Assembly (NCBI GenBank): GCA_012295275.1
Contig: CM022667.1
Location: forward strand, 4,650,001-4,714,000
DNA: 64,000 nt
Direction of reading: 5' to 3'
DNA from: Chrysomallon squamiferum
Taxonomy: Eukaryota > Animalia > Mollusca
Positions 1 to 11,800 of the stretch are shown here, piece by piece. The notes under the pieces are model-generated. The model did not search any database. It had not been told where the DNA came from and saw only the letters and a program-made list of their open reading frames with translations. The position numbers and the translations under genes were made by a program. How positions within the stretch are numbered: position 1 is the stretch's first letter; every line of letters starts with the position of its first letter.

Positions 1-3000
1 GGAAACGTCGTCCAATTCAGATTGACATAGTACACAAAGCTGCTGATGTTTCAACAGGTAAATACTTTTTTGATATATATATATATGGATGTAGGATGTA
101 GTGTAAACATTATTATTTATATCTGATAAGTTATATCTGTAGTTCAAGTGATATTTTTCTTGACTGCAATAGTTAGAGAGTGTTAGCATGCCAACAGATG
201 TAGACTAGTGGCATATTCATTTCCTAGAAATTCCTGGAAACTAGACATCAAAGGCAGCTAAATCTTATTTTAAAACAACAGAAAGTTGTTTTTTTATTTC
301 CTTTATAATTGTAGAAAATTATTTTATGTATCAGATGAACCAGACCTGTCTGAAAATGTTTCAGATGAAAGGGAAGCTACTCCTGTAGAAACTGATGAAG
401 ATGTTGACATGGCAACCAGGAAGACTCCAAAGAGACGGAGATCTTCAGTAAAAGAAAGAGATAAAAATGTAAGCAGTGTGAAAGGTTTGTCTGGAAAACG
501 CAAATCACAGCAGACTCAGGTCAGCGACAATGAGCATCTGAATGTGAGTACAGCATCAGCGAAAAAAACAAAGAGAATCATTCTGTCTCCATACACAAAA
601 CATGTGTCACACGAAGAACCTGACAGCCCACTCCAGACACATTCTGCTCAGACATCACCAGTGGTTTCAAGAGAGGACAAAACCATTTTCTTTTCCCCTG
701 GAAATAGGCCATTGTCTCAGAGATCAGAAAAGGAAAGTAATAACACAGACCATTATCTGTCACACTTAACTGACCACCCAGCTGAAACTGAGGCTGAGAG
801 TCCAGGAAGGCAAGTTTCTTTACGCAGACAAGCAGTAATGCATGCCACTCACAAGGTGACTGAAAGTGACAGTCGTGATTCGACAACTGCAGGTCACAGT
901 TTGTATCGTGGTCCCAGTGTAGGTGACGTACAAGTGACTACTTCTGTAAGCAGACGGACACTGAATCATACAGATGTTGATGTCAGTCAAGGTGAAGAGG
1001 ATTTTGATGATGTGCAGACTCGTTCAACAAGAGAATCGTTTAGAAACAAGTCGATGTTTGTTGATGGTGCTGGGTCTAAAAACTTTGACATTTCATTTGA
1101 CAGCCAAAAAACCTTGCATCCAGTCAGGACCAGCACCCCAGCTGTTGGTCAGAAGTCTCCCAGGACAAGAATGAAAAACAGTGAAAGACAAAGTGCACGT
1201 CATCCAGACGAACCTGTTGATGACCTGGTGGAAAATAGATCTCCTCAGAGACGAATTTCGCTACAGCAGTTCATCTCCAATCAGAAACAGAGTTTAGTTC
1301 ACGAAAATAGCTCTCCTCAAACATCAGTTTCTCTTCATCAAACCAAATCACATCAGAGACAAAATTCTCTTCATGAAGCAAGCTCGCCTCAAAGACAAAA
1401 TTCACTTCATCAAGAAAGCTCTCCTCGGAGGCAAATTTCACTTCACCAGGCAAGCTCTCCTAAGACTCGAAGTTCACTTCGAAAGGCAAGCTCTGCTCAA
1501 AGACAAAGTTCTCATCATCAGACGAGCTCTCCTCAAGGACAAATATCACTTCATGAGGCAAGCTCTCCTAAGAGTCGAAGCTCACTTCGAAAGGCAAGCT
1601 CAGCTCAAAGACAAATTTTACTTCGTTACGAAGGCTCTCCTCGGGTTGTCTCTCCACGTAAAAGAAAATCACTTGAGAGTGTACGACACAGTATGGAGTT
1701 CACTGATGACACAGATGACGGAGAGGAGATCTCAAGTGTTGTTGAAAGTGTCATAGGACAGCTGGCATCTGAAAATGATCGTGTTGCTGATGTTGAGAAA
1801 GTTGTTGACGAGGCTGTGGGTGAGGAGATGATGGATGAAGATGGTGTTGTCGAAGAGGATGAAGAGGATGTGAGAGATCTCGGTGCTGCTGTAGACAAGC
1901 AGTTAGCTGAGGTTAGTAGGGTTACATAATAAGTCTGTGTATGTGTGAGAATTCTGTTTCTGTTTAGTGGCTTATATAGTTTTGTTAAAACACTGACTGA
2001 ATGATAAATAACTTTGTAAAAATACTGAGGGGAGAGATCCTTCCTGTTTTTCTTCTACTCAATTGTTGTTGTTGTTGTTTGTTTTATTTTATTTATTTGT
2101 TATTGCTAATTTCAGAATTTAGAAGTGCATCATTTAAACAGATTGTCAAAAGAAAAGTAAGTTTAATTGTGTAAAGGTTTTATTAAAAGAAAGTTAGTGT
2201 TATTAACATTGTTTTATTATTATTACTATTATTGTTATTGTTCAACATAACTAGTAAATGAAAAGTAACTTACTAAGATCTTGAAATTTAGATTAAAGAA
2301 AATATATTATTTGTTATTATTGTTGTCATTACAATTTTTATTATTACCATTATTTTTCTTTTATGGTTATCACTATTGTTGCTTCCTTTATTTCTCCCTT
2401 TATTGTTGCACTGAGTTATAAGTTTAAAAGATATTTCTGTAAAGTACTTCATTATGGGTGTCGGGATTGTTTTTCTTAATGTTAATAATAAATTTATTTC
2501 TAACATTTGTTGCATTAAGTTGTAAGTTCACGTAAAGTATTCTATTATGTTTTTGTTATGTCAAAGTTATTTCTAACATTTATGTTATGTTTAAACATTT
2601 CTGGAAAATATTTTACTACTTAATATCATCGTGTATGATTCTGGTTTGTGTTACAGAAAGAAAACAAAGAGTAAGCGGAAGACAGCAGACAAATCTCATC
2701 TTCCTGCTGGTGTAGTGAAACATCTGTTCACTCACTTCTGCAGAGCTCGGGTTACTAAAGAGGCCATAGAAGAAGTTGTCAGGATGTGAGTTTTTAATCT
2801 GTGAAATTGTTTTAACTAACCTTCTTAATATCTCTGTATAATAAATAAAATAATAATAAAAAAATGAATTGTTGAAGTTAAAAATTCTTTGAAAGGAAAT
2901 AATAAATAATGTTTACATTTCGTTTTTCTTTCATTTTTCTTTATTTCTTTATTATATTTTTATTTTATTTTATTTTATTTTGTCATGTATTTAGTTCTGG

Positions 3001-3488
3001 AAAATTCTGGAAGTCAATGGCTGCTGATTTGGATGTTTATGCTCGACATGGACAAAGAAAAACTGTCACAGATGAAGATGTCGAACTGCTTATGAAAAGG
3101 TATCTCTTGTACAGTGTCTTCTGTTTAGATGAATTTACATTTAATTTATGACCATCTGAAAGTTTCTCATCTTAACCTCAAAAAGTCTGAGAAGCTGATG
3201 TTAATATACACAGAATAATTAATACTGTTCAGGAGATGATATGGTTAACATATGCTTCTTCTTTGTTGGACAGTAAGTTAGCTTACAGTAAATATTCCAG
3301 ATTCCAGTCATAGCAGTGTGTTTTGAAATGTTTTCTTATTCTGTTTTTTCAGACAGGGTTTTGTGACAGAAGACAAATCTCTGAACACGCTGATACACCA
3401 ATATCTGCCACTGGAAGTACAAGAACAAGTGATTCCTATAGCCAGAGCTGGAAACAGACTAGAACTCAACAAAAAATACATTACATAA
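1..3488 (+). CDS. CENPT: Centromere protein T (CENP-T), 5'-partial. Exons <1-57, 335-1911, 2116-2156, 2657-2785, 2995-3099, 3353-3488
   Basis: GT-AG introns are phase-compatible. A long disordered S/T/R-rich region and an acidic stretch precede a C-terminal histone fold: HLPAGVVKHLFTHFCRARVTKEAIEEVVRI-SGKFWKSMAADLDVYARHGQRKTVTDEDVELLMKR-QGFVTEDKSLNTLIHQYLPLEVQEQVIPIARAGN. This matches the CENP-T C-terminal pattern (DL..F/YA.H..RKTV..ED.ELLM.RQG.VT....L..L...LPLE.....IP.A..GN). Confidence 0.9.
1240..1662 (+). repeat. Coding tandem repeat in CENPT: 36-nt/12-aa unit (consensus SSPQRQISLHQA), about 11-12 copies, with a 108-nt higher-order duplication
   Basis: AGCTCTCCTCAA/AGACAAA/CTTCAT recur every 36 nt. 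The segments starting at 1441 and 1549 are nearly identical. Confidence 0.9.
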
Positions 3489-3610
3489 AATAAAAAATAC
3501 ATTACATAAAATTAAAAATGTATTATATAAACAAAACAATAAAAATACTTCATGTTAACTGAAATAAAATACATGACATAAACAACAACAAAACAAATGT
3601 AACATAAACT
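3471..3610 (+). repeat. Degenerate ~21-bp tandem repeat starting across the CENPT stop codon
   Basis: AAAAAATACATTACATAAAAT occurs twice almost perfectly, followed by decaying copies (aaaaatgtattatataaa, aaaatacatgacataaa, aaatgtaacataaa). Confidence 0.6.
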
Positions 3611-4489
3611 TGACAAAAGGATCCTGATAAACATCAGCTAACAGAGCTGTCACAATGTTAATAATAAAACAGCAACAAAGAAAATAATTGAGATATATAT
3701 ACACACATACACACACACCTTAGTTATGCCAATAATTTATGGATTGAAAATGTTTCTGTTGACATTTTGATAGAATTATTTTTTGTTAAGCAACAGTCGT
3801 TAGTGTAATATAAAGATAAAAGATAAATATACATGTTTTCATATTTGTTGTTATAAACCATTTTTGGCTCAGAAGATGTCATCAGGAGCTTTATTTTTTT
3901 TGTCATGTTTTGTTTAATAATTAAAATTTTATCTTTATTTTTTATTTATTTCTTTATTATTTTATTATTTTTCTCTTTGTTTTTTCTCCTCATTGCATTT
4001 TTCTTTCAGAATCCAAAATCTGCATTGGATGTAGTGTAAAATAAATTGTACATTTTTTGTTATTAAATTGATCAAATGTTTATTTTATTAGTCTTTTGTT
4101 TACATTGTTCCTCGCATACTTAACAGATTTGTGAATACCTACAAATGTCTGTCACTTTTAATTTGGGAATGTGTGAAATGTCCTCATGACCTTGAATGAA
4201 GCATAGGACGTCTGACACAAATAAACATTCAAAATGTAACATGGCATCATTAATATTCTTAAAGAGATGATGTTTGTATTGATACAGTATAGTACATTAT
4301 TAAAGGTCCCTAGCAGATAAAGTGTTGCACTAGATAAGGGAGTAAGAATTTGAAAGTGTAAGGGGGGATAATGTGAAACTAACAAACAGTAACGCTTTTT
4401 TCATGTAAATGAAAACCAACAGCAAATTATTAATTTTTATTTCAATTTTTTTTTCTAAGACAACAAATGATTTTTATCACAGATATTAA

Positions 4490-5417
4490 TTATTTTTCAT
4501 CCTCTATGTAATATTCATCATCACTGTAATCATCATCGTAATAATCATTAGCATCATCTTGATCAGAGGGCAGAATATTCCAGAAATCTTTTCCTTCATT
4601 TCGTAAGTAATCGTTGACAGTGTACGGCACTTTGCCTTTTAGACGTTTCATCTTCTTCCTCTTTCTCAGAAATGTGCTGTAGTCTGGAACTGTCACTTCT
4701 GCAGTCTTCGAATCTCGACTTTCCTCACTGATAAAACTTAAAGTGTCTTCTGATGCACGGTGTTTGATTCTCCTTTTTTTCATAAGCAGTTTACTCATCA
4801 AACTGTCGTGTTGCAAGTTGTAGAGATCACTTCTAAGTTTCACCCCTTCCAGAAGTGAAAAATCTTTTGTGTGTTTTTTATTCTCTTCAGAAATGTTTTC
4901 GGAGTCATAACTCTCAAAAGCTGAGCTTTGATTCTCTGTAACAGTTTCTTTTGCAGTGAAACTATCCACAATAGTATCACTTTGCTGTGATTTTTCTTCT
5001 TTCTGCATAAAACTCTGACCCACTTTTGTCGTTTCATCTTTCTTGCTAGATTCAGAATCAAATGTTTTTCCGGCATCTTCCAAAACCACTGACCCAGTGT
5101 CGGTCACTGTCAGAATGCCAGGGTAAGAATGGTAGTCGGTGTTTTCTAACGACATCTTTGAGAAATCTCTCATGATGTTTCTCTTTCCTGGCACTTTTTT
5201 CCAAGGTCTCACTTGTGTGGTGTAAATTGCTGGTTCATAATCGGGACCATAATCAGCGATGTTCAACAGATTTTCTACTTGTAGAATGTTAGCTTCTCTC
5301 TCATCCTTGATGAAGTTTATAACTGGTATGTGACCAAGAAGGTGATATGAAGTCAGGATGTATCTGAAGATAACAATAAATAATATATAGTGTATCTGTA
5401 TCTATATCCATCCATCC

Positions 5418-5452
<35 letters not shown>

Positions 5453-7168
5453 TAATATATATATCACAAGAAATACAAAAAATAAATAAATAAATAAAAA
5501 TAATAAACTAGAATCTGATTAAAATATGTTTACAAACAATCTTCTGTCACTCTGAGAGGTGTAAATTCTACACCATGAGCAAGTTTTAGAATGTAATGCA
5601 TATGACTGTCCAGGAATCTTTTTTTTTTTTTACATTCTACATATGATTTTATTTACATTCAAAAACAATAATATGATATTTTTATTTTTTTATTTTTTAA
5701 AATGAAAGATCTATATTTACATACCTAAGTTTTCCAGAATTCTGTTTAAGTAAAGTTTCAATTCTGTCATCTTCATGTCCCCCTGTAGCCAGCCAGTGAA
5801 CATTGATAGCACTGAAGTCAGGCACCACACTCACCTGTGTAATAGCAATTATTAACTGTTACTGTGTTGCAGAATGTGAATTTTAATATATTAATCTTTA
5901 ACACAAAGTAGAACATAACCTATTTAAAGAAGTCCAGTTTCCCAAATAAAAAGGTAAAATTTAAAATGTATTTTTAATTAAATATTTATGTTTGGCTGTT
6001 GATAAAAACTAGTTATCTATCTGTAAGATCAACAAAAAATATATTTTACATCCATACTCCACTGTTAATGAAATCAAATTCTTTAATATTAACTCGCAAT
6101 AATAGTTCGCTGTTAATAAAATCTAGTTACCATATCTGTGACATTAAAAAAAGTTATTTTTAAGTAAATATCTAAACTGACCTATTAATGATATCTAATA
6201 ATCCCATCTATAAAATAAAAATTAATTTGTCTAATGTTTTGTGTAAACATTTACCCTGTCTATGTTGACAGCCATGTCAGCCAGCTGGGGACAGATCTCG
6301 CCAGAGTTGATCATTTGAACAATGTATTCATACAAAACATTTCCAACTTGTACAGCTCTTCGTCTTTGACCTTCACTTGGGCCTCTCTTTCTCTTATTTT
6401 GTTGTGACATACCAGCGGTATCCTGCAGAAATAACAAAAATATATGTAATGTAGAAATTGATTATTTCTTAATCGCTCTACTGAAGTATTTTTATGATTT
6501 TTAAACAAATAAATAATATAAATAATTTTTTGAAACTGCATTTAATTGAAACTTACCATGTTTGCTGGCTGGGAATACCATGTTTTTTTCCTGCCAAGGT
6601 AAAAAGTATTATCAGTAAATAGATATTTACATGACTCTCATGATTTTATAATAAACAAAACACCTTGAAAAAAGTAGTTATGCTGATCAACACTGAATAA
6701 AAATTAATGCAAAATAATTTATAATTTAATTACTGATTTAAATTGATATTTCTGCAACAGTTCATTAATAAATAATAATTTAAATTATATTAAATGGTTA
6801 TATGATTTTTGTACAATCAGAACAGTGAGTAGTAAATATACTGCCACCACTATGGCAATGTGAATTTTTAATTTATATATGTTATTTATCTTATACATAT
6901 ATGCTGCAAACATAATAACATAAATCTTTGAAATTTTAATTGGCAATTCTTTGAAATTAATATTATCCTATGTAATAAGACGTTTTGCATTTTCAAATCA
7001 ACTCTACTAAAGACTAAAGTATACAAATAAAAATACCCACTTTGGTCCTTTATTTAACATTTTCATCAACTGTTTTGTCATTCTTACTTGACTTTTCCAT
7101 CGGATAGCACTATAATTATGTCTGACCACTCCAGACACTAATCTGGAACAAATCTGTTTGCAAAACAT
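4490..7168 (-). CDS. RBFA: Mitochondrial ribosome-binding factor A, ~437 aa. Exons 7168-7041, 6590-6557, 6422-6255, 5834-5725, 5363-4490
   Basis: The basic N-terminus resembles a mitochondrial presequence (MFCKQICSRLVSGVVRHNYSAIRWKS). The RBFA domain reads ...IDRVSVVPDFSAINVHWLATG...IETLLKQNSGKLRYILTSYHLLGHIPVINFIKD...VENLLNIADYGP. All introns are GT-AG and in phase. Confidence 0.9.
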
Positions 7169-7482
7169 TTCTACAAGATTAACAAAACTGAAAAAATAAA
7201 AATACACAGTTTGACATTTGCTTTCTTATGGGAGCTGACATGTTGTCAGTCTGCAATAAAAAAAATAAAAAAAAAAAAAAAAAAAGGTAATAAAATTATA
7301 TAAATCTTAATACGTTATTGAAATTTATATATTACTGTAACGGAGACATATTTTAATTATTTTGTTTCTAATCTTTAAGTTAAATTATGTTTAAAGAATC
7401 AGTAGCGAAGTAAATCATGGGATACTTCCGGTTACCTATCAAAACGAAAGTGATTAAATGATGTATTAAAAAGTGGCTTGAG
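7169..7482. promoter_or_regulatory. Putative bidirectional promoter RBFA/TCF25 with an ETS/GABP-type motif ACTTCCGG at 7424-7431
   Basis: Divergent ATGs are 314 bp apart. There is a perfect CCGGAAGT on the minus strand and CpGs are locally more frequent. Confidence 0.65.
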
Positions 7483-7896
7483 ATGTCGAGCAGAGCTCTG
7501 AGAAGACGTCAAGAACAAATAGGAATTCTTGATCCTTTGGCGTTGTCTCTGACAAATGCAGGAGTTCAGGAAGAGTCGGGTTCAGATGAGAATGACGAAC
7601 CATTGCAACCATCTGGATCTAAAAAGAAGGGAAGACGAAATAAAAATTCGCGAATAACAAATCCTTTTGAATTGGTATGTAATATCACCATTTATAGATC
7701 TTGTTATAATCCATTTATTCAAAGTCTGGTAAGCCTAATGATACAAAATATCTCCAATTAAATCTGTATGAAATGGATTACTCTTACTCGATTCCTTCTT
7801 GCCACAAATCAGTACCTAACTGAGAGCTCAGAAACAGACACCAAACTAAAGTTTTCCTCAAATAGTTAACAGTTTGGGAAAAAGCCACGAAAACCC

Positions 7897-7932
<36 letters not shown>

Positions 7933-8706
7933 ATAATAATAATAATAATAAATAAATAAATAAATAAATAATGTGCATTTCATATTCTTATTTGTATATC
8001 TTATGCACTTTAAATATTTCAGCTCAATGAGGATGCAAGTAATGATGATGTGAATGAGAGCAATGTGGCTGAATGTCAGGAAAATTCAGACATAGTTATA
8101 ACAAATGAAAATGAAAATTCTGTAGAACAGAATACGTCTAAGAAAAAGAAGAAGAAAAAGAAGAAAAAAGGAAAAGAAAACAAGACACAAGAAGATGAAG
8201 CAGGAGGAGAGGTAAATGTTACAGCTAATGAATCAGTGAATTGACACATTTTTTATATTTATTTTTAGTTAACAAGCATACAAACATACAGACATCTACG
8301 TTTTTTATGCAACTCATATCATAGGTATGTCTTTATGTATGTATGTATCATTGTATATACGTAGAAAAGTATTCACAGTACATAAGTATGATTTTAAGAA
8401 TTGTTTCTGATAGGTTGAAGATGAAATTGAAGCTAGTATTCGTGAGGTAAACAAAATTCTGGGAGAGACTGGACCAGTTAGAAATCATCAAGTCACAGAA
8501 ACAAATGTTGGTTTTGATATGAAAAGACTTCTACATGTTGAATACAGGTATTCTGTTTTATAACTCTTCTGTGACACAGGTGTTGTGAAACTATTTTATA
8601 ACATCACTGATATATTACAACTTAGGTATTAATGAAAAAGAGATGTTTTCTCTAGCTTGTTATTTACATATGATTTGTATTATTATTATCATTATTATCA
8701 TTATTA

Positions 8707-8752
<46 letters not shown>

Positions 8753-8766
8753 TTTTATCATTATTA

Positions 8767-8805
<39 letters not shown>

Positions 8806-11800
8806 TATTATTATTATTATTGCAGACATCTGAATCCAGACAATGAACTGAAAAGAATTTTTGGATCCAGAGTGGTTAGATCAGAAAACAGGTAAAAAAA
8901 AAAAAATCACAAATGAAGAAATTATATAATCACTTGATTTATTTTCTAATCACATGTCTAAGTAGTTACTTTTAAGAAAAATAAACAGAAATTCTTCTGC
9001 TTTAAATCATTTATTATTCTTAAGTATTTCGAAACAAAATGGCCCTATTTTGAAGTTAACAGAGTACTGTTCAAACTGAATTTTAAAAAAAATATAAACA
9101 TTTGATAATTTTATAATTTGATGTCTATTCAGAAACGTCTGGAGAATTTGTAAATAAAAACACATAAAACAGCTTTGACTCCTACAACATACAAAACAAC
9201 ATTCATTTTCAGTTTATTTCATTTCGTAAAAATAAATCTGTTTTTATTTTTAAGTCGATCAAGAAACAGAAATCGTCCGTACCATAGACCAACAAAACTT
9301 GTACAGAATCGAGACAATTGGCCTCCCATTGGCAAAAGTGGTAAATAATAAACATTTCTGATTATTTGTTTAAAAAATATAACACTCTTATCCACTGTTA
9401 AACAATAATAAAAAAAAATTATTATTGTTATTATTTTATTATATTTTTTATTATTTTTTATTTTTCCAATAAATTTTACTGATAAAATATTTTTTAAATG
9501 TATTAAAAATAATTTATTTATTATAACATAACATAACATAACATAATATAATAGCATTTAAAATATAAAAAGAGACTTTATGTTGTATTTTAGGTTTGTC
9601 TATGTCACTACTGGAGTGTCAGTCTGGATATCAGTATTTCACGTTTGAACATAGTCATCAGTACCAGCAAATACAGTTCCAGTTTCTGGATGCAGTCGAA
9701 TCCCTCAATCCAGAAAATATTACAGTAAGTGGTGTCTGACTGTCTGTGTGACAGTATTTGTTTTTCTGTCTGTTTATTATAGTCTCAGCCTTCAGAAATA
9801 ATTTTATTTTATAATTTTATTTAAACAGTGTAGCAATTAGTAAAAATTTTTATTTCAAATTGTTCTGTTTTAGTTAGTCTGTACGTAAAATATATAATTT
9901 GTTTTATTAACTATTGAGATTTGATGTTGTGAACTCAGTATTATATGTTTGTATATTGTTTTATTTGTAACAGAATCTCATACAAACACATCCCTATCAT
10001 ATAGACTCCCTGATACAGATGAGTGAGATTTTCAGAATGAGCGAAGATGTGCAAGGAGCATCTCATTTCATAGGTGAAATTATTTATTTATTTATTTATT
10101 AAGTTTATATATTTAAAATTATTTTTATGTGGCGTGGTAATTTTATATAAATATCTTGTTATGTAATGAATAAACTACATATTGTACCTAACCGAAAGAC
10201 CAGAAAAAATGAATGATTGATTTGGGGTAAATAAATTTAGAAATTTTTATAACATAACATACGATATAATACTTTAACATTTTAAATAATTTATTACAAA
10301 TAACAGCAGATTTGAGGCATGAAGCAGTGCAGCTATTGAAACATCAAAATGTTGTTAAAAACTGGAGTAAATTGTATAGTATTTTGTTTTACTTCCAGAA
10401 CGAGCTCTGTATGCGTTTGAAAACTCTTTCCATCCATCATTCAGTCTGACAACTGGAACATGCAGACTGGATTACAGAAGACAGGAAAACAGGTAAATTA
10501 TTTCATTGTTTTCTTCTTTTGTTTGAAAACACAAGCCTTTCATAATTTGGATCTCAAGTTTTTACCATGTTTATACTGTTGTAATCATTTATTTTTTTAT
10601 ATGTCTTAGTTATTTCATAAATATCAAAAAGGTATCCATTAATCAATGTTTTAGTTAATACATATTTGAAAATTAAAAGTTTGCAACCAAATCAGTAATA
10701 ATGCATTATCTGTGAATTGTTAAATGACTTACAATTACCTCTACTCTGTTTTTTTAAATTATTTATATTTGATTTAATTATGATTATATGACTTCTGTAA
10801 AATTGTTATTTTGTTACAATTCTCATTTGTCTTATTATTTAAAATTGTGATTATAAATCAAATGTAAATGTTTATAATTTATAATTATTAATATTCATGT
10901 TGTATAAGTTTTATGTTATGTTTTTAGCAGATTTTAATTCTTTTTTTTTTACAAATTTTAATTATTTTCTTTTTATATAAAAAAGACTATATATATATAT
11001 ATATTTTTTTTTATTTTTAATTTCAGAGCCTTCCATCTTTGTTTGTTCAAACATCTGATGTCTATAGGGCAAAGAGGGTGTTACAGAACTGCCATGGAGT
11101 TCTGTAAGATGTTACTAAGGTAACAGACATATTTTGAGATCTGTGCAGCAGTCTACATTAAGAATGTTAATTCCATAAAATGTATTTTTAAATTTTAACT
11201 TATTCTTTTACTCGTCACTTTTGTTAGAAACAGATAAAGTTGTCACAGCTTGTTTAAAACATTTTATATTTTCAATACTGATACTGTCATAGCAGGTGTA
11301 AAAAAGATTTAAGTAATAATACTTACTAGCAGCAGTCTTATGAGAAAGAAAACCAGTCACTTCAATATACAGTGTAGCCTACAGTGATAATGAGCTATGG
11401 TATAATTTATGTGTCTCTTTAAATAAACATGAAAACACATACATTCATATTTTTATAGTTAATTAATTAATGGAGCTTTGGCTTAAACAGGAAAGAGTGT
11501 GTATGTATTAAAACTGAATGTATGTATTTTTTTAATTATTTTTTCCAGTTTAGACCCAGATGCTGACCCAATGTGTGTCTTACTGATGATTGACTTTTAC
11601 GCTCTCAGGGCTGAAGAGTTCAGTTTCCTTATTCGCATGTATAATGAATGGGAGGTGATTTATTTTACATAATTTTATTAAAAAAACAAAAGAAACCCCG
11701 ATATTTTCACGTGACAAAATAATATAAAAATCAGAACATTATTTTTCATATATAATTTTATGATTTTCTTGATGGTTTTATTATATATTTTAATTTATTT

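Noticed and set aside
1373-1898. Alternative-frame and antisense ORFs within the CENPT large exon
   Set aside because: They are shadows of the 36-nt repeat and the acidic coding sequence.
3100-3352. Possible U12-type intron in CENPT (donor GTATCTCT)
   Set aside because: The donor deviates from GTATCCTT and there is no TCCTTAAC branch site near the acceptor.
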